This document shows, piece after piece, positions 29,065 through 38,180 of a stretch of DNA of 64,000 nt. A program made the position numbers and the translations under genes. Source of the DNA: Planctomycetota bacterium (GTDB lineage Bacteria > Planctomycetota > UBA1135 > UBA2386); NCBI GenBank assembly GCA_965228735.1, contig OZ245838.1, forward strand, positions 7,040,001 through 7,104,000, given 5' to 3'. The first letter of the stretch is position 1. Each line of letters begins with the position of its first letter. The notes beneath the pieces are model-generated. The model was not told the origin of the DNA. It worked only from the letters and a program-made list of their open reading frames with translations, and searched no databases.

Positions 29065-32000
29065 CGTTCGAAGCGGGCGCGGAGCTCCCGGAACTTCGGG
29101 TGGTCCCGCAGTGCCGCGAGATCGGGGCGCTCGAGCAGGTGCAGGGCCTCGTCGCGGTCGTGGGGCAGGGCGGCATCGATCCAACCGCACGCCAGATCGC
29201 GCATCGTCGCGCCGCGCTGCTCGGCTTCGGCTTCGTCGAGCAGGCCGATCGCGGTGATGAGGAAGCGCACGCCCTGCAACAGGCGGCTGCGATCCATCGG
29301 CGCGAGCTCGACCGTGCCGATCGCGGCGCGCTCGAGCAGTTCGGGGCTCTTCATCCGCGCCGCGGTCTGCGCGAGCAGGTTGTAGTGCACGGCCAGATAA
29401 CTGCGGGCCGTCTCGTTGTTGGGCGACTGGTTCAGCGCCGTCGTCTGCAGCTCGATGGCCTCGTCGAGCATCTCGAACGCCTCGGCCGGCGGGCGACCGG
29501 AGAAGCGCAGCAACCAGTTCGCGCGGTTGCTGAGCAGACCGCCGAGCGCCGTGCGATAGCGCGGCACGTCCGGCCACTGCTCGATCAGCTGGCGCAGGAC
29601 CTTCATGCCGGCCGCGAAGTGGTGCTCGAGCACGTCGACGTCGCGCGCGACCTTCATGTACTCGACCTGGGCGCGCACCTTGTGCGCCGTCGCGAGGTTG
29701 AACATGTCGTCGGGCTGGGCGCCGGGCCGCGACGCGAGGTCCTCGGCGATCGGGAGCAGGCGCGCGATCGCCTTCGCGGCCGCCGGCACGGTCTTGTTCT
29801 TCGCCGACTGCTGCATGGCCTGCACGAGCTCGAGGTGCAGCAGGTCGCGGCGGTAGAACGGCGTGTTCGGGAACTTGTCGCAGAGGTCGCGCAGGATGCG
29901 CAGGCCGGCCTCGCGGTGATCGCGGCTCTGGTCCTGGACCCCGAGCCGGCGGCTCACGTCGGCGAGCCCGAGGTGCACACGCGCGAGGCGGAAGAGGTAC
30001 GGCGGGAAGCCGGGGCGCTCCGTGAGGAGTTGGTCGAGCAGCTCTTTGGCGCCGAGGAAGTGATCGCGCGCCGCGATCAGGCGGCCGCGGCCCAGCAGGA
30101 TCGACGCCAGGTTGGTGCGGCTGAGCACGTAGAGTCGGGTCGACTCGACGTCCTCCGGGTCCTCGAGGGCGAGTTCGCGCCAGATCGCGGTCGCGCGTTC
30201 GGTGTACTCCTGCGCTTCCGCCGTCGGCTGGATGCGCATCGCATGGCGCCGACGGGCGTCGAGCAGCATGGCGCGCGCCGAGCGGGCGTCGCGCCAGCGT
30301 TGCGCCGACAGCTTCGTGCGCTGCAACGCGCCGAGCAGGGACTCGGCGCGCTCGATGTCCGGCATCGCCTCGTCGAAGCGCCGCAGGTCGAGCAGGGCCT
30401 GGGCGCGTGATTCGTGCATCACGGCGAGGTCGATCGTCGCGATGATCGGGAGGCGGTTGTCGGGGAACCCGGTGCGCATCAACTCGATCGCCTCACTCAG
30501 CGAGGCCAGAGCACCCTCGGGCTGCGCCAGCGACTGCTGCATCTTGGCGAGCGAGCCGCGCGCTCGGGCCGCCTCGTAGAGCAGCATCGGGTCGTCGGCC
30601 GCGATCTCGACGAACTGATCGCTGAGCTCCGTCGCGTCCTCGAGCAGCTGGATCCGCAGCGGTTCGGTGTGTGGCAGCGCCTCGAGCTCGTACTCGGCGA
30701 CGCGGGTGTAGAGTCGCCGCACCGCGGAGCGCGCCTGGGTGAGGAAGCGCTGCGCGAGCTCGTGCTGTTCCTGGGTCCGCTGCTTCTCCGCGGCGAGCTC
30801 GTCGCGCGCGTTCTTGAAGTGAACCATCGCCGCGAGCGGCGTCACGACGAGGAGCAGGAACGCGAAGACGCCGGCCAGGGTCGCCGCGGGCTTGCGGCGG
30901 GCGAAGCGCAGCGCCTTGAACAGCGGCGAGATCGGTCGTGCGGCGATGGGTTCGCGCGCGAGATAGCGCCGCAGGTCTTCCGCGAGTTCCTGCGCGGAGT
31001 AGCGTCGGCGCGGGTCCTTCTCGAGGCTCTTGAGCGCGATCGTCTCGAGGTCGCGCGGCACGTTGGGGCTGCGGGAGCGCAGCGCCGGCGGCTCGTGGGT
31101 CGCGATCGCGTTCATCACCTGCCGCGTCGTGCTGCCGGAGAACGGCGCGGACAAGGTCAGCAGCTCGTAGAGCACGACGCCGAGCGAGAACACGTCGCTG
31201 CGACCGTCGATCGGCGCGCGACCGGCCTCGACCTGCTCCGGGCTCACGTACTGCGGCGTGCCGGCGAACTCGCCCGTGTGGGAGAGGCTCGCGGCCTCGA
31301 GGTCCTTCGCGAGGCCGAAGTCGACGACGCACACCTGGCCCGTCTCCGAGATGAGCACGTTCTGCGGCTTGATGTCACGGTGCACGACGCCGCGGTCGTG
31401 CGAGTATGCGAGCGCCTCGGCGATGCGGGCCGTGAGTTCGGCGATCTGGTCGAAGTAGTTCTGACCCGCGGTGCCGCTCGCCGCGGTCGCCGTCTTCGCT
31501 GCCGCGCCCGACTCGTGGAAGCGCGTCGTGACGAGCACGTCGCGGCTGCCGAGGCGTGACGCGTCGCCGCGGACGCGGGCCTTCACCTCGTCCATGACGA
31601 CGCGCAGGCTCTTGCCCTCGACGAGCTCCATCGCGATGAAGTGCGTGCCGTCGTGCTCGCCGACCGCGTGGATCCGGACGATGTCTCTGTGCACGAGTTT
31701 GGCCGCCGCGGCGGCCTCACGGCGGAAGCGTTCGACCTGGCGCCGGGACAGCGTGAGCGAGGGCGACAGGACCTTGAGCGCGATGCGGCGACCGAGCGAC
31801 TGCTCGACCGCTTCGTAGACGATGCCCATGCCGCCCCGTCCGAGCTCGCGACCGAGGCGATAGTCCCCGAGTCGGCGCTCGTCGGCGGCGTCGCCCTCGC
31901 CGGCCGTGCCCGGGCGATCGTCGAGCATCGGCTCGAGCAGGTCGCGGATCCGTTCGTTCTGCTCGAGATAGTCGTCCACCGACTCGCGCTCCGCCGGGTT

Positions 32001-32096
32001 CTCGGCGCGGTCGATGTAGGCCTCGACGGCGTCGGCGAGCCGGTCGAGATCGTCGTCGGGCGACGTGTCGAAGGAGGATTCGGTGGGGGGCGTCAC
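29061..32096 (-). CDS. Ser/Thr protein kinase with TM helix and TPR-like C-terminus
   Basis: LGRGGMGIVYEA, HRDIKPQN, DFGLAK, GTPQYVSPEQ, PRDLETI; GTG start inferred. Confidence 0.92.
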   Translation of the reverse strand: MTPPTESSFDTSPDDDLDRLADAVEAYIDRAENPAERESVDDYLEQNERIRDLLEPMLDDRPGTAGEGDAADERRLGDYRLGRELGRGGMGIVYEAVEQSLGRRIALKVLSPSLTLSRRQVERFRREAAAAAKLVHRDIVRIHAVGEHDGTHFIAMELVEGKSLRVVMDEVKARVRGDASRLGSRDVLVTTRFHESGAAAKTATAASGTAGQNYFDQIAELTARIAEALAYSHDRGVVHRDIKPQNVLISETGQVCVVDFGLAKDLEAASLSHTGEFAGTPQYVSPEQVEAGRAPIDGRSDVFSLGVVLYELLTLSAPFSGSTTRQVMNAIATHEPPALRSRSPNVPRDLETIALKSLEKDPRRRYSAQELAEDLRRYLAREPIAARPISPLFKALRFARRKPAATLAGVFAFLLLVVTPLAAMVHFKNARDELAAEKQRTQEQHELAQRFLTQARSAVRRLYTRVAEYELEALPHTEPLRIQLLEDATELSDQFVEIAADDPMLLYEAARARGSLAKMQQSLAQPEGALASLSEAIELMRTGFPDNRLPIIATIDLAVMHESRAQALLDLRRFDEAMPDIERAESLLGALQRTKLSAQRWRDARSARAMLLDARRRHAMRIQPTAEAQEYTERATAIWRELALEDPEDVESTRLYVLSRTNLASILLGRGRLIAARDHFLGAKELLDQLLTERPGFPPYLFRLARVHLGLADVSRRLGVQDQSRDHREAGLRILRDLCDKFPNTPFYRRDLLHLELVQAMQQSAKNKTVPAAAKAIARLLPIAEDLASRPGAQPDDMFNLATAHKVRAQVEYMKVARDVDVLEHHFAAGMKVLRQLIEQWPDVPRYRTALGGLLSNRANWLLRFSGRPPAEAFEMLDEAIELQTTALNQSPNNETARSYLAVHYNLLAQTAARMKSPELLERAAIGTVELAPMDRSRLLQGVRFLITAIGLLDEAEAEQRGATMRDLACGWIDAALPHDRDEALHLLERPDLAALRDHPKFRELRARFER

Positions 32097-32277
32097 GGGG
32101 GTTGCGCGGCGGTCGTATCCCGACCTCGTCGGACGGCGCGAAATCGCACGGGAATTCCCACGATAAACCGAACGTACGGCGGCTGCGCCGGATCGAGCGC
32201 GCTTGACGCTAGGCCGCGCGCCAGCGATCGTTTGGGGCCCCGACTCGCCGCCCCCGCGAACGGCCCTGATCCTCGCC

Positions 32278-34128
32278 ATGCTGACCGTCATCGTCGCTCT
32301 GTCCGCCCTGGCCCTGCCGCCGCAGGAACCCCTGAAGCTCGGTGTCATCGCGCGCCTCGAGCGTGGCCAGCCGGAGCTCGCCTACGGTCGTGGGGCGACG
32401 TTCGCCGTGACCGCGATCAACCGTGCGGGGGGCGTCGACGGCGCAAAGGTCGAACTGGTCGTGGAGCCGGCCGAGTCGGCGGCGGCTGTCGCAGCGGCGG
32501 TCGAGAAGCTGCAGGCGGCCGGCGTGCACGCGCTGCTGCCGCCGCTCGAGGCCGGGATCGCAAGGGCCGCAGCCAAGGCGGCGGGTGAACTGCCGATGCC
32601 GCGCTACGCGATCCCGGTGCCCGCGATGATGGGCGCGATCGACGCGCTGCTCGCCGAGCGGCTGTGCATGACCAAGGTCGGACTCGTGCGGGGTCGCAAG
32701 CGCCCCGACCGCACGTTCGCGAAGACGTTCGGCGAGACTCTGACCGCGCCGACCCGCCTGCTGTGGGACATCGACGTGCGGACGTCGCCGCGCAAGTTCA
32801 GCAAGACGTGGACCGAATCGCGGCCCGAGGTGCTCGTGTTCGACGTGCCGCCGGCCGATGTGCAGAGCTTTCTCGCCGCGCACATCGGCGACGACCCGAT
32901 CCCGATGGTTCTCACGCCGCGCGCGTGGAGCTCGGCGCTCCTGCCCGAGGCGAAGAAGCGGGCGACGTTCGTGGTGCACGGCACGTCCCCGGCGCAGTCG
33001 GCGACGGAGTCCGAACTGCGCGAGGTCTACGAGCGCGACTTCGGCACGCCGGGGTTCGGCGCCGCCGAGGGCTTCGAGGCGGTCACTGCGTTGGCGCGCG
33101 CGTTCGACGCCGCGAACGGTCGTGATGCCGCGGCGGTCACGGCGGCGCTGCAGGGCAGCGCGATCGAGGGTGTGCGCGGGCGGTTGCCGTGGGACCAGGA
33201 CAGCAAGGCGTTCCTCGCTCCCGTCGGCATCTGGCTCGTCGACGAGGACTCGGTGCTGCGGCCGTACGCGCCGCGCATCGTGCCGCGTGAGCAGAAGGGC
33301 ACAGCAGTCGGCGGCGAGGTCGTGCCCGAGCGCGCCGTGCCGCAGGCCGGCATCGGGGTGCCGTTCGGCACCTGGAGGACGCGGCGGTTCGGGCTCGACG
33401 AGGGCGCGCAGTGGGTCATCTGCGAGTGGGCCGACGACGGCGGGTACGCCACGGCAACCGAGGACCTCGTGCAGCTGGGCCTGTCGACGGGCGGCAAGTC
33501 GCCGATCGTCGACCACCTCGTGAAGGAGGAGATCTTCGCGCGCGTGCTCGCGATCACGTCGACCAAGTTCGGTCGCAAGAAGGACGGCAGCGCGGTGCCG
33601 GGCAAGAGTCTGAACATCTGCTTCGGCGTCTACGCCGATCCGAAGGCGCGCAAGAAGAAGCGCCAGCGACTGTGGCCCGCGCGGTTCGGCGGCGACCACG
33701 AGGGCGCGGGGGGTGAGGCGTTCGGGACGTTCTGTCGCGTCTACACGGCGTTCATCCGGCGCACGATCTTCCAGTCGCACGCGCTCGAGCCGGCGGTCTC
33801 GGCCGCCGATCGCGAGTTCCTCGACGGCAGCTACCGCTTCGGCGACGACCTGGAGAAGGATCGGCGCAGCGAGCTGATCCGGGCGTTGATCAACGGCTAC
33901 GCGGGCTCGATGGCATTGACGCTCGCGCACGAGGTCGGCCACCTCGGGACGCTCGGGCACGTCACCGAACCGCCGACGGCGATCATGAACGTCGACGAGG
34001 GCGGCGGGATCGATTACCCGGAGGCCAAGTTCTGCGAAAGTTCGTGGGCGATCCTCGTCGAGCAGCTCGGCCTGGTGGGCACGACCGCGGGCACGTCGAA
34101 GAAGAAGCGCGGCCGCAACCGGGAGTAG
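32278..34128 (+). CDS. Periplasmic binding protein (Leu/Ile/Val type) fused to a metzincin metalloprotease domain
   Basis: LKLGVI...AVTAINRAGGVDG.KVELVV N-terminus; HEVGHLGTLGH at 33928-33960 and AIMN Met-turn. Confidence 0.7.
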   Translation: MLTVIVALSALALPPQEPLKLGVIARLERGQPELAYGRGATFAVTAINRAGGVDGAKVELVVEPAESAAAVAAAVEKLQAAGVHALLPPLEAGIARAAAKAAGELPMPRYAIPVPAMMGAIDALLAERLCMTKVGLVRGRKRPDRTFAKTFGETLTAPTRLLWDIDVRTSPRKFSKTWTESRPEVLVFDVPPADVQSFLAAHIGDDPIPMVLTPRAWSSALLPEAKKRATFVVHGTSPAQSATESELREVYERDFGTPGFGAAEGFEAVTALARAFDAANGRDAAAVTAALQGSAIEGVRGRLPWDQDSKAFLAPVGIWLVDEDSVLRPYAPRIVPREQKGTAVGGEVVPERAVPQAGIGVPFGTWRTRRFGLDEGAQWVICEWADDGGYATATEDLVQLGLSTGGKSPIVDHLVKEEIFARVLAITSTKFGRKKDGSAVPGKSLNICFGVYADPKARKKKRQRLWPARFGGDHEGAGGEAFGTFCRVYTAFIRRTIFQSHALEPAVSAADREFLDGSYRFGDDLEKDRRSELIRALINGYAGSMALTLAHEVGHLGTLGHVTEPPTAIMNVDEGGGIDYPEAKFCESSWAILVEQLGLVGTTAGTSKKKRGRNRE

Positions 34129-34265
34129 GCGAGGTCCTGGAGCCAGCCGGATCTTGGCACAAGAACGGGAATAGTGGCTCCGATCGCCCGTCGTTACCGA
34201 ACCGGCGGGCAGGCATTCGCGTTTGCGGTTAGCATGGTCCCGTCTTCGTGGACGAGGAGAACTGC

Positions 34266-35576
34266 ATGCCCCAAGCCAACCATTCGCGGCCCCGCGCTGC
34301 CGCTGCTCTGCTGGTCGTCGCCGCCCTGATCGGCGGTGGCTCGGCACCGCTGGCCGCTCAGGGCCGCATCGCATGGGAGACGGACTTCGAGGCGGCTCTC
34401 GCGCGCAGCAAGGCCGAGAACAAGCCGATCATGGCGTGCTTCAGCATGAAGGGCGAGCGCGTCTGCGACGTCATCATCGCGGAGCACTACAGCGACCCGA
34501 AGCTCGTCGAGCTGAGCAAGCACACGATCAACCTGTTCTGTTCGCCGCACGGCACCCCCGAACAGCGTGAGCTCGAGAAGCGCGTGCGGATCGACCTGCT
34601 GAAGGGCGACGAGTCGACGTGGATGGTCGCGCCGCAGCACTGCGTGTTCCTGCCGGACGGGACGCTCGTCTGGGCCGTGCCGTACTACATCGCGGCGGGT
34701 GAGCTCGAATGGATGTGGGTCGAGGGCATCCGTAAGGTCGACGCGGCGTTCGAGTGGACGCCGACCGATCGCTACCGCGCGCCGCGCAAGCTCGCGGCCG
34801 AGATCGAGAAAGAAGAGCAGGCCCAGGCGCCGCCGCCGACCCCGGCGGAGATCAAGGCGATCCTCAAGGAGATCAAGAAGGGCTTCGGCGGCTTCTACGA
34901 GGCCAACGAGAAGCTGCCGATCATCGTGCGCAGCGAGAGCCGGCAGGCGAAGCAGTTCGTCGAGCGCCTGCTCGAAGCGCACGACACGACCGAGTCGAGC
35001 AAGATCACGATCCTCGCGTACATCAGCCGCCACGCCGCGCGCAGCTGGTGGAGCGTCGTGAAGTGCGTGCTCGAGGACGAGAAGAAGGATGTGCGCCTCG
35101 CCGCGATCCGCACGCTCGGCGACCTCGGCGAGAAGCGTTCGACGTCGACGATCATGGGTCGCTGGCGCAAGGAGGACAACAAGGCCGTCAAGGGCGCGAT
35201 CCTGCAGGCGGCCGTGCAGTGCGGGCCGAACAACAGCAAGGTCGTCAAGTTGCTGCCGTTCGTCATCGCCGACTACGACGAAGTCGACCTGCGCATCCAG
35301 GCCACGCTCGCGATCGCGAGTCTCGAGGACAAGAAGGCCGTGGCCGAGGGACTCGAAGCCGCGCTGACCTCCGACACGCCGCGCATCCGCGCCGCGGGTG
35401 CGTGGGCCGTCGCCACGCGCCGCGAGACCGCGCTCGCGGGCGCCGTCGATGCCGCGTTGAAGAAGGAACAGGACGCCGCAGCGAAGAAGTGGCTGCAGGC
35501 CGCGGTGAAGGCGCTCGGCGGCGAACAGGTGGACGCGCTGCGTGAGTTCCCGGAGCTGAAGAACTTCGGGTGGTAG
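34266..35576 (+). CDS. Secreted thioredoxin-like plus HEAT-repeat protein
   Basis: IAWETDFEAALARSKAENKPIM (Thioredoxin_7-like), ERVC; HEAT-like DVRLAAIRTLG and RIRAAGAWAV. Confidence 0.7.
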   Translation: MPQANHSRPRAAAALLVVAALIGGGSAPLAAQGRIAWETDFEAALARSKAENKPIMACFSMKGERVCDVIIAEHYSDPKLVELSKHTINLFCSPHGTPEQRELEKRVRIDLLKGDESTWMVAPQHCVFLPDGTLVWAVPYYIAAGELEWMWVEGIRKVDAAFEWTPTDRYRAPRKLAAEIEKEEQAQAPPPTPAEIKAILKEIKKGFGGFYEANEKLPIIVRSESRQAKQFVERLLEAHDTTESSKITILAYISRHAARSWWSVVKCVLEDEKKDVRLAAIRTLGDLGEKRSTSTIMGRWRKEDNKAVKGAILQAAVQCGPNNSKVVKLLPFVIADYDEVDLRIQATLAIASLEDKKAVAEGLEAALTSDTPRIRAAGAWAVATRRETALAGAVDAALKKEQDAAAKKWLQAAVKALGGEQVDALREFPELKNFGW

Positions 35577-35715
35577 CGCGGTGGGGGCGAATCGTGATCA
35601 CGGAGAACGCTCGAGACTCACGGCCACGCTCGTGGTCCAGGTGCTCTTGCACTTCGCAGTCCGTTCCGCCGAGTCGACGGTCGCCGCGCGTAGCGTTTGA
35701 CCGGCGGTAGCCAGG

Positions 35716-35949
35716 ATGTTCCTCGACTTCGGCATTGTCGTAAACGCGATCCTCCTGGTGCTGGGGATCCTCTGGTGCCGCGAGATGTTCGGCCGCCTGC
35801 CCAAGGACCTCGAGGAGTACCGGACGGCGCAGGATCCGAGCGTGCGACAGACCTTGATGATCCTCTGGATCGCCACCGGGTTGATCGTCGTGCTGCTCGT
35901 CAACTTCCTCGTCGGCATCCTCGGCAACGTCGGGTTGTTCGGCGGTTGA
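35716..35949 (+). CDS. Small two-TM membrane protein
   Basis: 77 aa, two hydrophobic helices, typical codon usage. Confidence 0.65.
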   Translation: MFLDFGIVVNAILLVLGILWCREMFGRLPKDLEEYRTAQDPSVRQTLMILWIATGLIVVLLVNFLVGILGNVGLFGG

Positions 35950-36003
35950 ACCCACGCGTAGGGGATCACGAGTGGTCGAGTCGGGCGCCGTATCCCCTCC
36001 AAC

Positions 36004-36018
36004 TGGCATGCTTGTTGC
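36004..36018 (+). promoter_or_regulatory. Sigma-54 (-24/-12) promoter
   Basis: TGGCATG-cttg-TTGC matches TGGCACG-N4-TTGC. Confidence 0.65.
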
Positions 36019-36030
36019 GCGTGGAGGGGT

Positions 36031-36480
36031 ATGACTTCCACGACCAAGAACACCGTTGCCGTTGCGAACGAGCTACGACGCCTGTTGCGCGGAGAGATCG
36101 CTGCCGCTGAGACCTATGCCCAGGCGCTGGAAGCCGCCGATGAATCCGTCGCGCGGATTCTCGGGCCGCTGCAGGATGATCATGGCCGCGCGATCAAGTT
36201 CCTCGCCGAGCAAGTGTCTGCGCACGGCCAGGATCCGACGACGAGTTCCGGCGTGTGGGGCGGTTTCGCCCGCGCCGTCGAGGGCGGGGCCAAGCTGCTG
36301 GGCATGAAGGTCGCGTTGACCGCGTTGCGCGAAGGCGAGCGCGCGGGCCTGGCCGACTACGAGGATGCCCTGCGGACCGGTGAGCTGCCGGAAGTCTGCC
36401 GCCATCGAATCGAATCCGAGTTCGTTCCGGCACAGCGCCAGCACATCGAGACGCTCGATCGCCTGATCGCGTCGAAGTGA
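36031..36480 (+). CDS. DUF2383/PA2169 family four-helix (ferritin-like) protein
   Basis: LLRGEIAAAETY.QAL, SSGVWG, LREGE..GLADYEDAL. Confidence 0.85.
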   Translation: MTSTTKNTVAVANELRRLLRGEIAAAETYAQALEAADESVARILGPLQDDHGRAIKFLAEQVSAHGQDPTTSSGVWGGFARAVEGGAKLLGMKVALTALREGERAGLADYEDALRTGELPEVCRHRIESEFVPAQRQHIETLDRLIASK

Positions 36481-36610
36481 CCTATTGGGAACACCGAGCG
36501 CCCGTCGCAGTCGCGCTGATCGGAGGGCCGGATGCCGGTGAGAAGCCGCGCTTCCGAGCGCCGGCAGCCAAACTGCCGATCTGATCCAACGGATCGATCG
36601 TCGGCGTTGT

Positions 36611-36625
36611 CGGCACAACAGTTGC
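36611..36625 (+). promoter_or_regulatory. Possible sigma-54 promoter
   Basis: CGGCACA-acag-TTGC with correct GG/GC spacing. Confidence 0.45.
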
Positions 36626-36740
36626 CGAGCAGAACGCGATGATCCGCAGGCTTCGCCCGGGGAAGGGCCCGCGTCCGCGAGACAGCTCTTTCGCGGTCGT
36701 CGAGCCCTCGCGCCCACTCACTCTCAACCAACGTTCCGTC

Positions 36741-37178
36741 ATGCAATCCTTCCGTTCGATCCACGATCTGCTCGTCTGGGTGCAGGACCTGCATCGCCGA
36801 TGCTGCGTCCGGTTCGCGCGCGCCCGACAAGAGTGCGCCGAACACCGCTACCGCGCCCTGCTGGAGTTCCTTCGCGACCGCGAAGCCGAGCAGTTCGCGG
36901 CCATCGCGCGCCTGATCGCGAGCGGCGATGATCGGCTGCGATGTTTCGTGCAGCGGGTGCCCGAAGCGGCACTGCAAGCCGCCGCCACGATCGAGCCGAC
37001 CGGACCGGACTTCGATGCCGAGGTCTTGCGATACCGCCAGCGCGATCGGGCGCTGATCGGGGCCTACGAACAGCTCGCGGCGAACGTGGGCCACAAGGCC
37101 GGATCGATCCTGCGCGAACTCCTGAGCATGCGAGCCAGGACCCAGGCGCGCCTTCGCGAGGCGCTGATCGACTCGTGA
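36741..37178 (+). CDS. Hypothetical ferritin-like four-helix protein
   Basis: MQSFRSIHDLL..., LLEFLRDRE, YEQLA helical pattern. Confidence 0.55.
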   Translation: MQSFRSIHDLLVWVQDLHRRCCVRFARARQECAEHRYRALLEFLRDREAEQFAAIARLIASGDDRLRCFVQRVPEAALQAAATIEPTGPDFDAEVLRYRQRDRALIGAYEQLAANVGHKAGSILRELLSMRARTQARLREALIDS

Positions 37179-37234
37179 GCGCGGATCCCGACCGCGGTTA
37201 AGGTGTCGCGCCTCGAACTGCCGATGGCACGGGC

Positions 37235-37657
37235 ATGGCCAAGAACCCCCTGCGCCTGCTCCTGCCCCTGGGGCTGCTGTTCGCCCTGAGCAGCTGCTCG
37301 ATGTATTCCACGGCCCGCGAATTCAACGGGCACGTCGGCCCCGACGGGCGGCCGGTGTTCGTAATGACGGCGACCTACCTCGGCGTTCACCTCGTCGGCT
37401 TGGTGCCGATGGTCGGCGACACGACGATCGAGGCGATGGTCGAGGACGCGACGGACCACATCGAGAAGGCCGACGCCAAGAAGTTGCGGCTCGTCGAGAC
37501 GGAGTCGGTGAACTTCTGGTACGGCGTGCCGCCGCTGTCGTGGATCTTCTCGCCGGTGATCACGAGCGTGACGTTCGAGTACGAACCGACGGATGCCGCG
37601 CTCGCGGCCGCGGGGCTGGGCCCGGCGACCGATGCCGCGGCGAGTCCGGGTCGTTGA
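37235..37657 (+). CDS. Hypothetical lipoprotein
   Basis: Lipobox LSSC after a hydrophobic stretch. Confidence 0.7.
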   Translation: MAKNPLRLLLPLGLLFALSSCSMYSTAREFNGHVGPDGRPVFVMTATYLGVHLVGLVPMVGDTTIEAMVEDATDHIEKADAKKLRLVETESVNFWYGVPPLSWIFSPVITSVTFEYEPTDAALAAAGLGPATDAAASPGR

Positions 37658-37716
37658 CCCTGGATCGCCCGCGGATTGCGCGGAACCGCGCCGCGCGACG
37701 GCCGTAAGTTCCCGGC

Positions 37717-38178
37717 ATGCCGCGCCGCCGCCAGAGCATCGCCTACACGATCCGCGACCTGCTGCCGATCGTCGTGCTCGGATCGCCGATCGTCTTCCTG
37801 CTCGCCGATCCCTGGAAGTCTTGAATCGAGCAGGAGGTGTGCGGCCCCCGGGTGGCGGCCGACGTGCAGCGCCTGGCCTTCGCGGCGGACGAGTTCTACG
37901 GCATTCACGACCGTTGGCCGAGTCACGCGGAGCTGCTCGCGATCGATGACTCGATGCCGGAGCGGGACGTCTGGGGACACGAATACACGTTCGAGTTCGA
38001 CGCCGAGGGCCACCTACAGGTCCGCAGTCCCGGCGTCGACGAACGGCGCCACACGGCGGACGACATCGTCTCGTGGGTGATGCGGGGCGGGCAGCGCTTC
38101 GAGGAACGCCAGGTCGTCCAGCAGCTGTTGGAGGAACGGGCGGCGCGGGAGCGGGCCGGCGAACGACCGCGTCGCTGA
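37717..38178 (+). CDS. GspG-like pseudopilin with an in-frame TGA at codon 36 (candidate selenoprotein or pseudogene)
   Basis: MPRRRQSIA|YTIRDLLPIVVLG prepilin-like N-terminus; TGA 37822-37824; same frame continues to DVWGHEY...RSPGVD...TADDI; TAAGTT 6 nt before the ATG. Confidence 0.6.
37842..37861 (+). promoter_or_regulatory. Candidate SECIS hairpin
   Basis: cggcc-c-cc-GGGT-gg-c-ggccg; loop starts 26 nt after the TGA. Confidence 0.35.
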
Positions 38179-38180
38179 GC

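Noticed and set aside
37224..37238. TGGCACG sigma-54-like -24 box before the lipoprotein gene
   Set aside because: The -12 element reads TGGC rather than TTGC and overlaps the start codon.
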